NCBI GenBank assembly: GCA_964016885.1
Contig: OZ024745.1
Location: 14,012,001 to 14,076,000, forward strand
Source: Eledone cirrhosa
Lineage: Eukaryota
DNA: 64,000 bases
Direction of reading: 5' to 3'
Below the pieces are notes generated by a model. That model was not told the origin of the DNA and searched no databases. It was given only the letters and a program-made list of their open reading frames with translations. The translations under genes and the position numbers were made by a program. Below are positions 25,385 to 38,300 of this stretch, piece by piece. Position 1 is the stretch's first letter. Every line of letters begins with the position of its first letter.

Positions 25385-25650
25385 CAGTGGAACTTTGGTT
25401 CACAAATTTAATTAATTCCTGAAGGCTGTTCTTCACCCGAAATGATTGTAAACCAAAACTATTTTTCCCTTATGAAATGTTGAGAGAGAAATATAGTGAG
25501 AGAGACTGTGTGTGGCAGACTGATATCACCATAGTAACTAACTACACAGCAAGTGACGCTTACCCACCGATACTCCCAGCTTGTTGCCAACTGTTGTTGT
25601 CAGCTTTTGTGCGTGTTATTCGAGACCATTCATGAACTGAGGTTCCATTG
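25385..25650. mobile_element. TA-type (Tigger/pogo-like) MITE
   Basis: TA|cagtggaactttggttcac ... atgaactgaggttccattg|TA. Confidence 0.75.
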
Positions 25651-25874
25651 TATAATTAATAATGGTTTCTAACATAGGCAGAAGGCCAGACATTTTGGAG
25701 GAGAGGAAAGTCGATTATATCAAACACAGTATTTGGTTGGTACTTTATTTTAGTGACCCTGGAAAGATGAAAAGCAAAGTTGACCTCATCAGAATTTGAA
25801 TTCAGAATGTAATGCCACAGAACATTTTATCCGAGGCTCTAATAATTCTGCCAATCAACTGCCCTGAAAGTGTG

Positions 25875-26235
25875 ATAGCAAGGATAAGAACAGGCTGGAA
25901 AGAAATGAGTCGAGCATGTTCTGATGGATGTGTAATGTTAGTGCACATGAGCAACATAGCATAATCAAACTGAGGAAAAAACTTGGCATAAGACAAATTG
26001 ATTGTAGTGTGTAAGATAGAAAACTGCATTGGTATGGCCATGTGATGTGCATGGACGATGACAGCTGCATGAAGAAATGCAGAGATACCACAGATGCTGG
26101 GACCCATGGAAGAGGCAAACCAAGGAAGACATGGGATGACGTTGTAAGGACTGACCTTTGAAAGTGAAGCCTTGCAACAGAAATGACTAAAGACCGCAAG
26201 GTCTGGTACTACACAGTGCTGAAGAAGACCTGACC
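25875..26235 (+). mobile_element. Older RTE 3' ORF fragment
   Basis: RLERNE...RWYGHV...GRGKPRKTW-like coding, homologous to 7090-7450. Similar relics at 11620-11970 (-), 23120-23495 (+) and 48600-48960 (-). Confidence 0.8.
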
Positions 26236-27384
26236 TACAGCTTACAATGTAACCTAACCTAACCCCCCCCCCCCCTTCCGTTTGCACTCCCTAAGAGCTA
26301 TTAACTTTACTTCTTCAACTCACCCACCTCATTCCTGGCAGCTGCCAAGATGATGTGGTTGGTGTTAACCACGGAGAGTTTGCCAAGCAAAGGTGTAAGT
26401 GGGTAGGTGCCTGGGAGATCAGTGGCTCCACTTCAGTACGGACTTGGTCTATATGGACCTGTCCAACCTTGCTAGCAGGGAAAGTGGACATTAAAATGAC
26501 AATGATGATGATGACGATGAACTGGCCTATATATAATCAATAATAAAAAATAATAATTCACCAAAAATAAAACGAAAATTAACCCTTTTGATATTAAACT
26601 GTATGAAATTACTCCTGGTTCTATGAAACAAAACTATTTTAAAGTGTTTATATTTATCTAAAAACCTTCAATCATAATTTTATGTAAACTCCTTTATTAA
26701 GTTATGTTCCAATCATCAACTTAATAATGAGAGTTATATAACTAAAAGAAAGGAGCCAGTTGTTAGGTTGGATCAAAGAAACAATGCGTAGTTGGTATTT
26801 TCATAAGTGATACTATCTGGTGATTGCTGAACTCCTAAAAGAAGAGGGTCGTATTTCAACTCAGAGACTGGAGCTGATTCCATACCACACCCCATCCGAA
26901 TTCTTTAACAATATTGCCAATCCCATTGATATCCTATTTATAATTTTCCAAAAGGGTGAAAACTAAAGTTGATTTTGACAGGAATTGATCTAACAACAAC
27001 AAAATTAGATTTTGATTTTTCAACATAATGGATATATAAATGTACTCATGAGTTTTATATTGAATACAGTGAACTGAAACAAATGCTGAAATATTTCATC
27101 TGATGTAGGGCTGGACTTTCACCTGCCGAAGCCCTAATTTTTGATGATTTAGAGTTAAAGAATAAAACTAATGATAAAACAAAACTGTATTTTAAAAAAA
27201 TGAGGCCCCCAATGATATGTGACCCTAAGTCCAACACTGATCTGATGCTCTAATGATCCTGCTAATTTGTTGCTTTCAATTACTAAATTCCTTAAAAAAT
27301 TTGAAAATCACAGGCAGTGTCATTTATTAGAAAGATGGTATCAAAATTGTTAATCAGAAGCAAGAAATTGAGAGAAAAACTTAC

Positions 27385-27526
27385 CAGCCATGAATTCTTC
27401 ATCATTAAGTTAAGCATAACAGGACTACGATAGACAGCCATAGCAGAGAGAGCAGTTATACCAATACTACCACCAAAATAGAGGTAGGTGTCACGAATTC
27501 TCTGACGAACAATATCTGGCCATATC
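27385..27526 (-). CDS. GHITM: GHITM coding exon 3
   Basis: Hand translation IWPDIVRQRIRDTYLYFGGSIGITALSAMAVYRSPVMLNLMMKNSWL (start of the Bax inhibitor-1 domain). ttttaag acceptor, gtaagt donor, 142 nt. Absent from the ORF track. Confidence 0.95.
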
Positions 27527-28392
27527 CTTAAAAGAAATTAAATACAAAATAGAAAAGTAGTTTAACCCTTTAGCATTTAAACCGACCATATCTGGCCAGA
27601 ATTCTGTCACCTCTTTATTCAAACCAACCATACTGGCCCCTCATACCAACTTTAAAGTATTGTTCTCAAAATAAATAATATCAAAATCTCATAGATTCAA
27701 TATTATGCAAGCATTTACCATAAAAATACAATAGTAAATATAGAGCAATGTAAGTGCTAGAGTGAAATGTGTTTGTGCACACATTACATGTGTGTGTGTG
27801 TGTGTGATACAGGGCAGAGAAAACTCTTCAGTGCTGGTCCCGAGATAAAATGTACCAAGGCCATATTGTAAAGATAGGAAGAGCATCCAGCCGTAGAAAT
27901 CCTGCCACCTCATCATTGAATGAGCAGACAGCCAGCTAAATAAACTTTACTGCTCTTATAAATAAATTGATAATATTGTATTCTATTATGTAGTATCAAA
28001 ATGAAAGATAACAGTAATCAGGCCAAACCACAGGATCCATAGTCCTGGGACTCTACCAAGAGGTTAGTAACAAATAAACAAATTCAAAACCAGCTGTTTT
28101 ACAAATTGTGTTAGGAAGATGAAAAATGGCTGGAATTTCAATCCTCACAGGTCTTCTTAACAGGGTTTGGTCTGAGGATCATCATCATCATCGTTGTTTT
28201 TACACCAGCTTTTCTTCCTAGCAAGGGTTGGACAGTTCTACTTAGATCAAGTCAGTACTGAAGTGGAACCACTGATCTCTGAAGCAGGCCAGGGATCTGT
28301 GTCTCCCTTCATGTATGTTTGACGCTCCACTGAATGCACAGAAGTCCTCCCGACCTTAACAACAAATATTTCAAATTAAAGTAAATACATAC

Positions 28393-28504
28393 GCAACACG
28401 TTCAATGGCTCCTACTTCATTGGATAATCCAAGCCCATAGAAACACAGAGATCCCAGACCAACCACAGATGCACCAGCAACCAAACCACGGCCAAGGTTG
28501 AAAG
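28393..28504 (-). CDS. GHITM: GHITM coding exon 2
   Basis: FNLGRGLVAGASVVGLGSLCFYGLGLSNEVGAIERV matches the GHITM family. acacag acceptor, gtatgt donor, 112 nt, phases fit both neighbours. Confidence 0.95.
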
Positions 28505-29166
28505 CTGTGTAAAATAAAACAAAGAACATTGAAATAAAAGAGAAAAATATTTCAATACAAGTTTTAATCCTTTTGATACCAGCCTGGCCAAAACCAGCCC
28601 CGGATCTACGAAACAAAAAAACAGCCATTTTAAAAGTTTCCTAATCTTATATAAGAACCATATGTAAAGTTACTGTCTTCTTTGCCCACTTATTCCTGAG
28701 AGGGTCATGGCGACAGAGTCCTCAAGTACGTCTTCCAGTGAGTCCTATCAGAAGCCATCATCTCCAATTAATATGGATACCCAAGCGAGACCAGTTGATG
28801 ATGACCGAGATGTTATCCAACCACTATGCTCTGGGTTTACACCTGGATCTTCTGCCGGTTGGTTTTGCTAGTCAAATCTATCTAGCTATTCTTTCTTGAG
28901 ACATTTTAACTACATGTCCGTAGTATCAGAGCTGTGATTTTTCAATTCAGAGAAGTAGTGGCTCTACCTGGAGCGACTCCAATCTCTGAGCTACGTACTC
29001 TATCAAGTAACGTTACTCCAAAGACAATCGTATTCTTTCGGTCATTATACAAGATTCAACAAAAACTTTTCTATTTAAAACACTTCAACCGCCTACCCAC
29101 GAAAAAAAACACAAAAAACAAACTTATAATATAAATTAAAATAGAAAGATATAAGCTTATTTTTAC

Positions 29167-29377
29167 ATGTATCAGTAGCAGGAGCCATAATCATTTCTTT
29201 CAAGGATCTTCCTTTGGCAGCTCTAGCAGTTCTTCGGGTTGAGGAACGTGCTTGGTTTGTCAGCATCTGTACTGGAGTGTAGAATGATGGTTTGCCAGCT
29301 TTTGTCAGGATACATGACCTGGTCACGCAGCTAGATACAGCTGCCATTGGCAAACGGTACATAGTGGCTGCCAGCAT
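29167..29377 (-). CDS. GHITM: GHITM (growth hormone-inducible transmembrane protein / TMBIM5 / MICS1), coding exon 1, mitochondrial presequence
   Basis: ATG at 29377. Encodes the Arg/Ser/Ala-rich, almost acid-free MLAATMYRLPMAAV...APATDT. Acceptor ttcttcag ends at 29404 (exon starts 29403); donor gtaaaa follows 29167; 211 coding nt, phase 1. Confidence 0.9.
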
Positions 29378-30019
29378 GTAGAAATCAAATGTTGAAAGCT
29401 ATCCTGAAGAAATAAAATTGTTTTAGTTATATGTATACAAACATGCATATATTTTATACTATCTGCTTCTTCTTTGCCCACTTACTACTGGGAGGGCTTT
29501 GGGGGTAGAATCTTGAGGTTCTCACTCCATTAGGACCAGCTGAGCTCATGGATGTTATCCAACCATCTGGCTTGGGGTCTCACACACAAATATATACATT
29601 AGTAGCTGTGTTTAGCATATAGAACAAGAGTATTTAATATGTAATGTGAGGGTGTATTTTCATTGAAAATTAAGAAATACATCATCCTGTACTGAATGAC
29701 TGAAGGAATATGTGACATAGTGAATTGTTCAACTTCAAAGACACACACACAGACACACATTATCTATATTTAGTTGGATGGATCATTACGGACCAAGTTG
29801 ATATTTAATCAGAGCCACTGTCCCCCCAGATGGGCTGGGAGCCATCTCTCACATATGTTCCAGTTTTGGCATGGTTTCTAGAGCTGTATGCCCTTCCTAT
29901 CATGGCACCAACACAAGAGAGGTTGTCATGTTCAGAGATGAAAATAGGAAGGGGTTAAGATGAATGAAAAATATGGTTATCAATGTGGTTATATTTGACA
30001 GGATGAAGTGGAGGAGGGT

Positions 30020-30160
30020 GTGTGTTTAAGCATCAGATGCACCATCCCAGATGTGGGAGCAGTGTTCCATTGTGGGTCTCACTAGGGATTTATAGAGTAT
30101 ATTTATAGTAAATATTATTGGGGCAGGGGTGAAGTAGTCTTGAAGAAGTAAGCTTGTCTT
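30020..30160 (-). mobile_element. CR1/L2/Jockey-type RT thumb relic
   Basis: Minus strand encodes LYKSLVRPTMEHCSHIWDGASDA (LYxxLVRPxxEY motif). Confidence 0.7.
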
Positions 30161-31257
30161 AAAAATATATAAACGACATCACACATGCTCTACATTATAT
30201 AATAGGTAATTTTCGATAGTGTTATGTTCAAAATAAATTTACGTTTACAACTGTACATAAATTTAATTTCGGTGAACATCAATATTTTATTTTTGATTCT
30301 ATATTGAAATTGTACCGGCAAAGGAATGCTGTGCTCAATTCTTAACCATTATCAGCCAACTACGAGGCACCTAAATATATACAGCCAATTCTTTCTTTCA
30401 TTTTGTTTCCTCCACAAGACATTACTATAAAGTAAAACAATGGTATGGAACAGTAATTCCTGAGAGTCGTAAAGGCGTCACATTGACATACAGCATTTCT
30501 AGGGAATTTTTAAACGTGGCGGAGCCCATCTCTTCTCTAGGTCTGAATATAATAGATTTCTTCCTGAGATGGATAGAGAGTAAGAGAAAGGAAGTGAGAT
30601 AGAGATCTAGAGGAAGAATCGACCCCTCAAATGTCTTTTCTATAGTGTATTTAGGAATTTACCTCAAAGTGATATATTAATTAGCAAACTTTTTTGTTTT
30701 GTATATTGTAATTTACGCAGTTAAAATTATTTATAACACAAAGTTAAAGTGTATTTTCTAATTTGAGGACCCTAAACTATATTGACATTCAATTGTCATA
30801 CCTATATTAATTGTCTTTCATTTCCAACGCACCAATAAACACACATTCATTCACCACTATATTACATACTAGACCGATAGAACATTTTATTTTAAAAAAG
30901 TATATTTTCGTGAATTATTTCTCACAGAATTCGGTGGAGGTGTCTTTTTATGATAATACCGAATCAATTTTATAAGACAAAATAAATTTCTATAATATAA
31001 ACAACATCAAAAGACTTTCAGATGGTATATATTATATGAGGTGAAATAGAAGGTGCGGTTTGATGTGACAACAATTCGTGGAAAGGTGAAACTTCTTAGA
31101 GGTTACACAAACGGTGTAGTCAACATCGAGTAGTTTAAAATACAGAACAAAGGATTCCACGAACTTTAAGATAAAAAACAACAACTTAAAGTTAATAAAA
31201 TATTTTATATTGAGAAATACTCTAATTAAATTGACATAATTTCATATGAAAACTTAC

Positions 31258-31291
31258 AAAATAAACAATATAGTTCGGGGAAAGAGAGAGA
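31258..31291 (-). promoter_or_regulatory. GHITM: Candidate non-coding first exon / TCT-TOP-like start of GHITM
   Basis: Minus strand reads TCTCTCTCTTTCCCCG...tttatttt|GTAAGT. The ATG exon begins with a splice acceptor, so an upstream exon is needed; this is the best candidate seen. Confidence 0.4.
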
Positions 31292-34099
31292 CTGGTTAGG
31301 TAATGAAGACATTATCAGTAAATATTGCGTAAGATAGAAATATTATATTTACACACTATTATCACAGGTAACGTATGTGTGTGATTTATAGACACGAAAC
31401 TCCTGGTCCCCGAGTCACTTGTATATATTCACAATTATAACAAAATATATAACTATTTATGTATTGAATTTTGTTTCTCACGTTTGTACAGTAAAATATA
31501 CACATTATACATATATACTACTATACTAAATGACGAGTACTCTGTTGAATAATTGTCTGACTATTTTAATACTAATTTAACCTGATATATATATATATAT
31601 AGTTTTGCGAGGTTTTTTTTTATATGAAATCGTGTGTCGAAACAAATATTGTTATACTTCTTTGCGCATGTTGCAGATGTGCAACGAAAGATTTATGATA
31701 AACTATATATGTGTTTGTGTCTATATTGTATCTGTATTATTTTTGACCGTCGGTCAGTCAATGGCAACATTGAGGACCGAGTATATTATATTATATTAGA
31801 TTAGATTACCGATATAAAAGACACAGAAGCGAAAAGCGAAAACCAACCAAACAGTGAGTGTATTCTGTTATTAATTCTGGCAATATTACACAAATATGAC
31901 CCTCCCCAAGTATAACAATATATATATATATATATGCACCGACCTACTCCCTCAAAGCAGATTCTTTGCACTTATTATGCACTAATAAAATATTGAACAA
32001 GGGAGGACGCCGTATACGAGGTCCTGACTTTAAAAACAAAACAAAAATAGTCTTGCCTAAGGTTACAATAAGACAAATTTCATGTTCTTGTCTATTATTT
32101 TATATTTGAAAAGCAAAACATATCATAGAAGATTATAAATAAGGAGATATTTGTCTACTTACTGTCAGAACAAGAATCGAAACTTCCCGAAATACGTACA
32201 ACAAATTTGTTCTGGTTATAGACGGTGTTAATATAGTTTTGTCTCCAGATTAAATTTAGCCTGTGTTATAATTTAATGCCAGATCGGTCCTGGAAAAAAC
32301 CCATATGAATTATATATTAATCACATATATTTACTACTAAATATCTTCTGTTCAATACATTTTACCGGACTTTCTTTAGTAATTAATTAAATACACCAGT
32401 AAATATTTTTCAACAAGATAATCGAGAATCTGTATTTTAATGTCAACATAATCCCCCCCCCCCCCCCCCATGTTTTATCAAGAAATACAATAAAGATAAT
32501 ATATCTGAGCCTTTGAAATGAAGTTTATTCTCCATTCTGTCCGCCGGGGCTGTGGGTGGGCTCCATCGCGTACCAATACATTAGTTAAATACCATTCTTT
32601 CATCTGATACAACACAATAACTATACAAAATGGGAAACTGAATAGATTACTTCTTATGTAATAACGAAGAAACAAAGGTAAGGGTGGGGGAAAGATGCAC
32701 ACACTTAATCACACACGACAGGGAGCACTGGAACTTCTCCCTAATAACTTTTGAGACAAAATAACACAATCGCAGTGTTGCCGCGGGTGATTGCTTGGCT
32801 AAGGCGCTGGAATAACCAAGAACCTTCGCTGACCCCACTTGATATTTTGGTAAGGCGAGCTACCAGTAATAAGAACTTCGTTGACAGTGGCCTAGATCCT
32901 CCAAACGTCTCGAAGGTCAGAGGCTGGAAAAAACTAATTTGCCGATAATTCCTGGCGTTTTAAAATTGTATTCCGTTCGACAACGGATGCAGTGTCCCAT
33001 AAACTGTTATAATAAAGTAAGGTCACATTGGATCGTGTAGTTTTACACAATTTCCCTTTCTGTAAGGAATTAAGATGCCATTGCAAATAAACTTAGACCA
33101 CAAACCAACAAATTTCCGTATTTTTGCTATTGAAAAATAAGAAATACATTTGTTAGATATAAATTCGTATATTCATTAAAATTGGCATTCAAAGAATTCT
33201 AATTAAATTATATAATGTTTATGATTTTCAAAGGGAAAAAATCGATGAAAAAGAAACAGAAAGAAGAAAAAGAAGGAAAAAGAAGAGTCTGATATTGTTA
33301 GATAGGCAAACGATCTTCAACACTGGGGAAACGATTCAGAGCTCCCTTTGGAATCCAGTTTATGGAGAATATTGGATAATCCCTGCAAGGCGGCGGCAAA
33401 ACCCTTTACAGGAAGCTAGTCCCCAGAGCAAGTTTCTGCTCTGCGAATGCTGTCAGAACTGAAGGGACATTGGATACAGGTACAGTTTGGGAAACTTTCA
33501 GCTTAGACTTTAATTATGACCATACATCTTTTGTGATAGCTTCTACAGCACTGGTCAATTTATTTCTTCTATATATGCTTGTTCCCCTCTGTTGGGTAAC
33601 ACCCTTTCCTTTCCGGCATGGACTAGCTCAAACAGGGAGGTGGGTTAAGACCTATAGCGGAGGGAGCTGTTTGTCATCTCTCGATGTTGTGTAGGATAGA
33701 TTGAAATAGAGAGCCTGGCACAACTTATATTCGAGAGACACTTTCAATTCTCTCTCTCTCTCTTTCTCTCTCTCTCTTTGATCAATTCGTTCGCTTTCTG
33801 CGTGTGCCAAATTCTCGTGTATAGAGTTGATGTTTTGCCTTGGTCAACTATGTTGGCCTAATCAGTCTGGATGAGTTCTTCATTCCCATTGTACTCAAAT
33901 CCAGAGCCGATGTTTATGGAAGGTTTAACTCCACAAGTCTTCATGGATTGCCTATTGTCTGAATGCAGGTTAATTTGCTCGTTAAAAAATAGAAAGAAAA
34001 AAACCCACACAAGCAGATAATACTTACATCTAGGATCACATACAACAAAAGGCAGGCGAAAGGGGTGGAAAAACGAACCGCTACCAGAGCAAAAAATAA

Positions 34100-34700
34100 C
34101 AATATCGCGAGGAGCACTGGAAAACCTTTAATAATCTTTGAGGCAAGCCAGCACGCTCGCAGCGTTACCTCGGGTGATGGCGAGGCTGATGCGCTGGAAC
34201 AACCAAACGCCCTCACGCGCATCACCAGTTACCTCTGTTAGGCGAGCCGTCATACCGAACTGATCGTAATTACCAAGTGAGTCCTGTCGTGAATCAATAT
34301 CCCTTCTATTCTGGAATTAGCCAGATTGTCCGAGGCCAGCTTTTGCTTTTGGTTAAGAGATAGGTGTCTCATTTGGGACGCTACAGTTAGCGAACCTTTT
34401 GCTCCTCCCCACATCCAGGACATCTCATCGAAGTTGAGATTCACTGCACCCGTAGCCAAACGGAATAAAATCCTAAAATATCAGGAATTAGCGGCAAACT
34501 ATTTTTTAAATCTCTGGCGTTCAAGACGTTTGAGTAGCTGGATTGCTGACAAGGAAGTTCTTGTCAGTGTTGGCGACTCACCTTACCATTGCATTAAGTG
34601 ATACCCGCAAGAGTTACTTGGTTATTCCAGCGTCTTAGCCTCGCTGTCACCCACCACAATGCCGTGGGTGTGTTGGCTTGCCTAAAAGATTATTAGAGGG
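34100..34700 (+). mobile_element. Relic of a CRE-like non-LTR retrotransposon (restriction-like endonuclease C-terminus)
   Basis: WLRDRCLIWDATV...KILKYQELAANYF, followed by a ...FQRLSLAV..NA-like tail, is the pattern of the CRE-clade RLE domain. Confidence 0.7.
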
Positions 34701-35528
34701 AAGCTCCTTGTTGAGGTGTGCGATCAAGTACATGCATTCCCCCAATTCTCTTTTTCTCTCCTCACACCATTTTTACATAATTTATTTGTATGTGAACAAA
34801 CATTTTATTAGTTTACAATAACGACTCTTCTTCTTCTTCTCAAACAGGTCTTCATAAAGGTATTTATTTGTCTTATGTTGTGTTTGGCATTAATTGACTC
34901 GGAAAATACTAATTGAGTTGTCAGACAAACGGGATTGCCAGAGGAATTCGGGTGAGAAGAAGGCAGCGATAGAGACAAACTAGCGTGTGAGGAAGGAGAG
35001 ACTGGTGTGAACAACACTTACTCTGGCAATAAGCCAAACTTATTTGCATGCCTTTTCTTTTTCTTTCTTTTGGACTACTGTTTATTTTTATTGTCCATTT
35101 GCTTTGTTGATTGGATGTGTATGTATTTCCAACTGATATGGATGTAATAAATTTCTAATACCTCTATTAAGGTTAGTTTCTGGCGGAACAAAGCAGACAT
35201 TATCTATAAATAATTGATACGTTTTGCTGTTCTGGATTAAAATCCTATTGGGATGAATTTGACCTTACATTTGTTCAAGAGCAATAATATATATATCAGT
35301 AAAATAAATCAAAAATAGAGTATGTTTAATTGGCAATCTTTTCTTCTTTCATAATATATAGGCAATAACTTCTTTTCTAAATAATATATTGCAATTTGTC
35401 TCGGCAAAAATAATTATTTTTCTCAAACTATTGCATCAGCTATCAAACCTAGCCATCTTAGAGTCATCTCCCTTACATAGATCCGGTGAATAGACGGAAA
35501 ATCTCCTTTATAATTTAGCCCAGAGGCC

Positions 35529-36424
35529 ATGCAGCGTTGTTTTGTGTCGTATGCTGGTCGCCGATTTCTATATAATCAATTATTTACTGCTAGAACCTGC
35601 ATTCAGTGTGTTGTCACTGAAAGGCCTGCTCCCCCCTCACACTATATCCATAGACACCGAATAACAAGACTTCTTTCTACTTTCAATCGCATCAATAACA
35701 TGTCTCTTAATAATTTAAACGTAACCTGTCTGCCCAATGACGAAATACTTAAAATAAGTTTTGAATATAGTCACAATGGGTTGCCAGTGCGGAACTTTAA
35801 CCTTCAAAGAAATAAAAACGAATTACTGGGACAGTCTTTAATGAGACTTCGTGCAAACATGTCTCGATCTTTGAACAAGAGGAAGAAGAAAAAAAAGGAC
35901 AGAGTCGCAATCGAAAAATTAGAAGAGGAAGATATACCGATTTCTGTATGGAGAAGTGAGACTCAATTAAGTGACACGACACCAAATATTGAAGCTTGGA
36001 CGGCCGGTTCTAAATTACATATCGGTGATAAAGTGTTTCATGTATTAGTAAACGGCCCAGCAGTAAATAAATTAATAATACCGTCCAGTATGATGGTTAA
36101 TTTTCCTGTCTACCTTCAAATGGATTGTGAGTTTACTGATATTACCCAATGTAAAATATCATGGTATCGAGCAGCACAGAAAGATTCTGAAAATAGTGAT
36201 GGTGTAAAGGAATGGCAAGAAATAGCATCTACTATTGTTTATAGTCCAACCATTGCTGATATGGGCTATCGCTTGAAAGTAAGGTGCGTCCCTGAAAATA
36301 TTGAAAGGAATCTAGTTGGAAAAGTCGTGACAGCTGAAACTTCATCAGTTGTAGGTGCTGGTCCTGGATATTGTCCATTTGAAACAAGGCATCAATTTAC
36401 AAAAGAAAAAACCGATGGATCAAG
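35529..36424 (+). CDS. PDE12: PDE12 (2',5'-phosphodiesterase 12, mitochondrial deadenylase, EEP/CCR4-like family), coding exon 1
   Basis: Presequence-like N-terminus, RNFNLQRNKNELLGQSLMRLRANM, YSPTIADMGYRLKVRCVP, GPGYCPFETRHQFT, typical of the PDE12 N-domain. Donor AG|gtattt, 896 nt. Confidence 0.93.
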
Positions 36425-37209
36425 GTATTTGATATATATATATATATATTTTTCTTATAGATATACTTTATTCGAAAGGGAAACCTTTTGTTGAAAATTT
36501 AGCAAAACAAAGTTTCCAGGTCAAGTGAAATGAAAGCATTTTATTCTGAGAAAAAAAAAAATTATTAAAAAAATGTAATTATGTGTGTATGTATGTATAT
36601 GTGTTTGTGTGAGTAAACTGAAATTACCCGTTATACTGGGTAAAAATCTTTCCCTTTTCACCTGAACTGTATACAAATGTTATATACATATATACACACC
36701 TGTATTTATATTTGTCTCTCATCATTCTAATCCTAATGACGACAGTATATTTTAATGTAAATATAAGTTGGATGGATCTATGGCAGATCATCTCGCATGC
36801 AAAGTCGGCATTTTTCGGTGCAATTTGATTACTTCTTCCTCAAGTATCCACCGTATTAGCTATCTACACCAATGTGTAGCACCCCTTCATATTACTACAT
36901 GCCCACTCCAAATATAACTATACCACTTGACAATGACTCAAATACCCTACTAAATTCACATGTATCTTTACACGACCCGTTGGATAATGTATTCTTAGAT
37001 AATCAATAGTTGTGGCTGGACCACCTTTCATCATAGATGAGTTCAATCAAAACAAGACATGGAACTAAACAACAATAACATGTGTTTATAAAAACTTTCT
37101 CGTGTATTATTATCATTACCCTTTCTAGCAATGGATGAAGATAAGATTTTTAGATATAGAAAACATTAATATGGGAATTACAATTTTTTTCTTGAATACA
37201 ACAAAGGGG

Positions 37210-37495
37210 CGCGTTTTCTAATGGAAAGGGCGTTGAACTTACGATCATAATGTCGTTGGTTCAATACCTGGACAGAGTTGTGAGTTGTGGTCTTGAACAA
37301 AACACTTCATTTCACATTGCTCTAGTATACTCAGCTGAGAATGAGTACCAGCATCAATAGCTAGGGGGTTTAACCCTGCGATAGACAGGCGTCCTGTTCA
37401 GGGTTGAGTCTTGTACTCTCTGTTCATATCGTGGAAACCAGGATCATCACCGGGCTGATGAGCCTCCGAGCTCGAGACAGACTAGACTTTTTTTT
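37210..37495 (+). mobile_element. tRNA-derived SINE with CORE-like and Meta-like body
   Basis: B box ggttcaatacc, then cttgaacaaaacacttcatttcacattgctc, then ccctgcgatagacaggcgtcctgttcaggg. Truncated heads of the same type at 5818-5935 and 21592-21705. Confidence 0.7.
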
Positions 37496-37544
37496 AGAAT
37501 ACAATAAACAAAGAAAATGACAGCATGTCATGCAAATGTTTCTT

Positions 37545-38300
37545 GGTCCCAGCTGACAAAATGGTGAATGTGTTACCCCGACGAATGGCTAGGGAGATGT
37601 GCTGAAAAAGTCAGTCCACCTCACTGGGGATCATTCTTGTGGATGGCTATCGCCATCTTTATCAAATGGAATAACAAGGTGGTCAGGGTTCCAGGATACT
37701 GGATGTTTCCACTGCTACCAGTTTTCACAAGGAACCTATTAGAGAGCTGCTAGTATGTTGTCAGCTTATTATCTTCAGTCTGTCAGGCAATGAAATCTTC
37801 GTGTGATGATGATTTCAACAGTTTGATGCTAGAGAAAGTCATTTTAAGGACTTACTGTTTTGGAATAGAAAGATCTGGTTTTTTATCATCTCCTCCTAAT
37901 TCTGCTGATTCCAGCTGCAATGGAAAATTGGTTGCATCCAAATAACCTTTAACGATGCCAGCGAGAGTAGCATATTAAGGGAAGCAGGATAACTGTTCAT
38001 TGTAAACCTTCAACAGTCTGTATTGCTCATACATAATCTCAAAGACCATGTCTGAATGAAATGACAATTTAGCGACAGTTGTTAGCCAACTGGGTACTAG
38101 TAGACTGAAGTTACAGCAATCAGTCAAATGTCATTATGGGGCTTGGAATCAGTTCTAAAACATGTTAGTTGGTGTTAATCAAGCTGGTACATAAGGTTGT
38201 TCAAGACTTTGTCACACCAGATGGTATGTTATGTATGGGCAGATGGAAACATCTGTAGGCTGAAAACTTGGTTGAGTCCCATGGACAGTTGTTCATATGC
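37545..38300 (-). mobile_element. Second CRE-like RLE relic (probably continues at 40440-40830)
   Basis: Minus strand gives VAVETS..., LFQHISLAIRRGNTFTILSAG and GDDKKPD. Confidence 0.65.

Noticed and set aside
37455-37480. CTGATGAG...CTCGAGAC as a hammerhead
   Set aside because: GAGA instead of GAAA, no stem I or III closure; it is the tail of a SINE.
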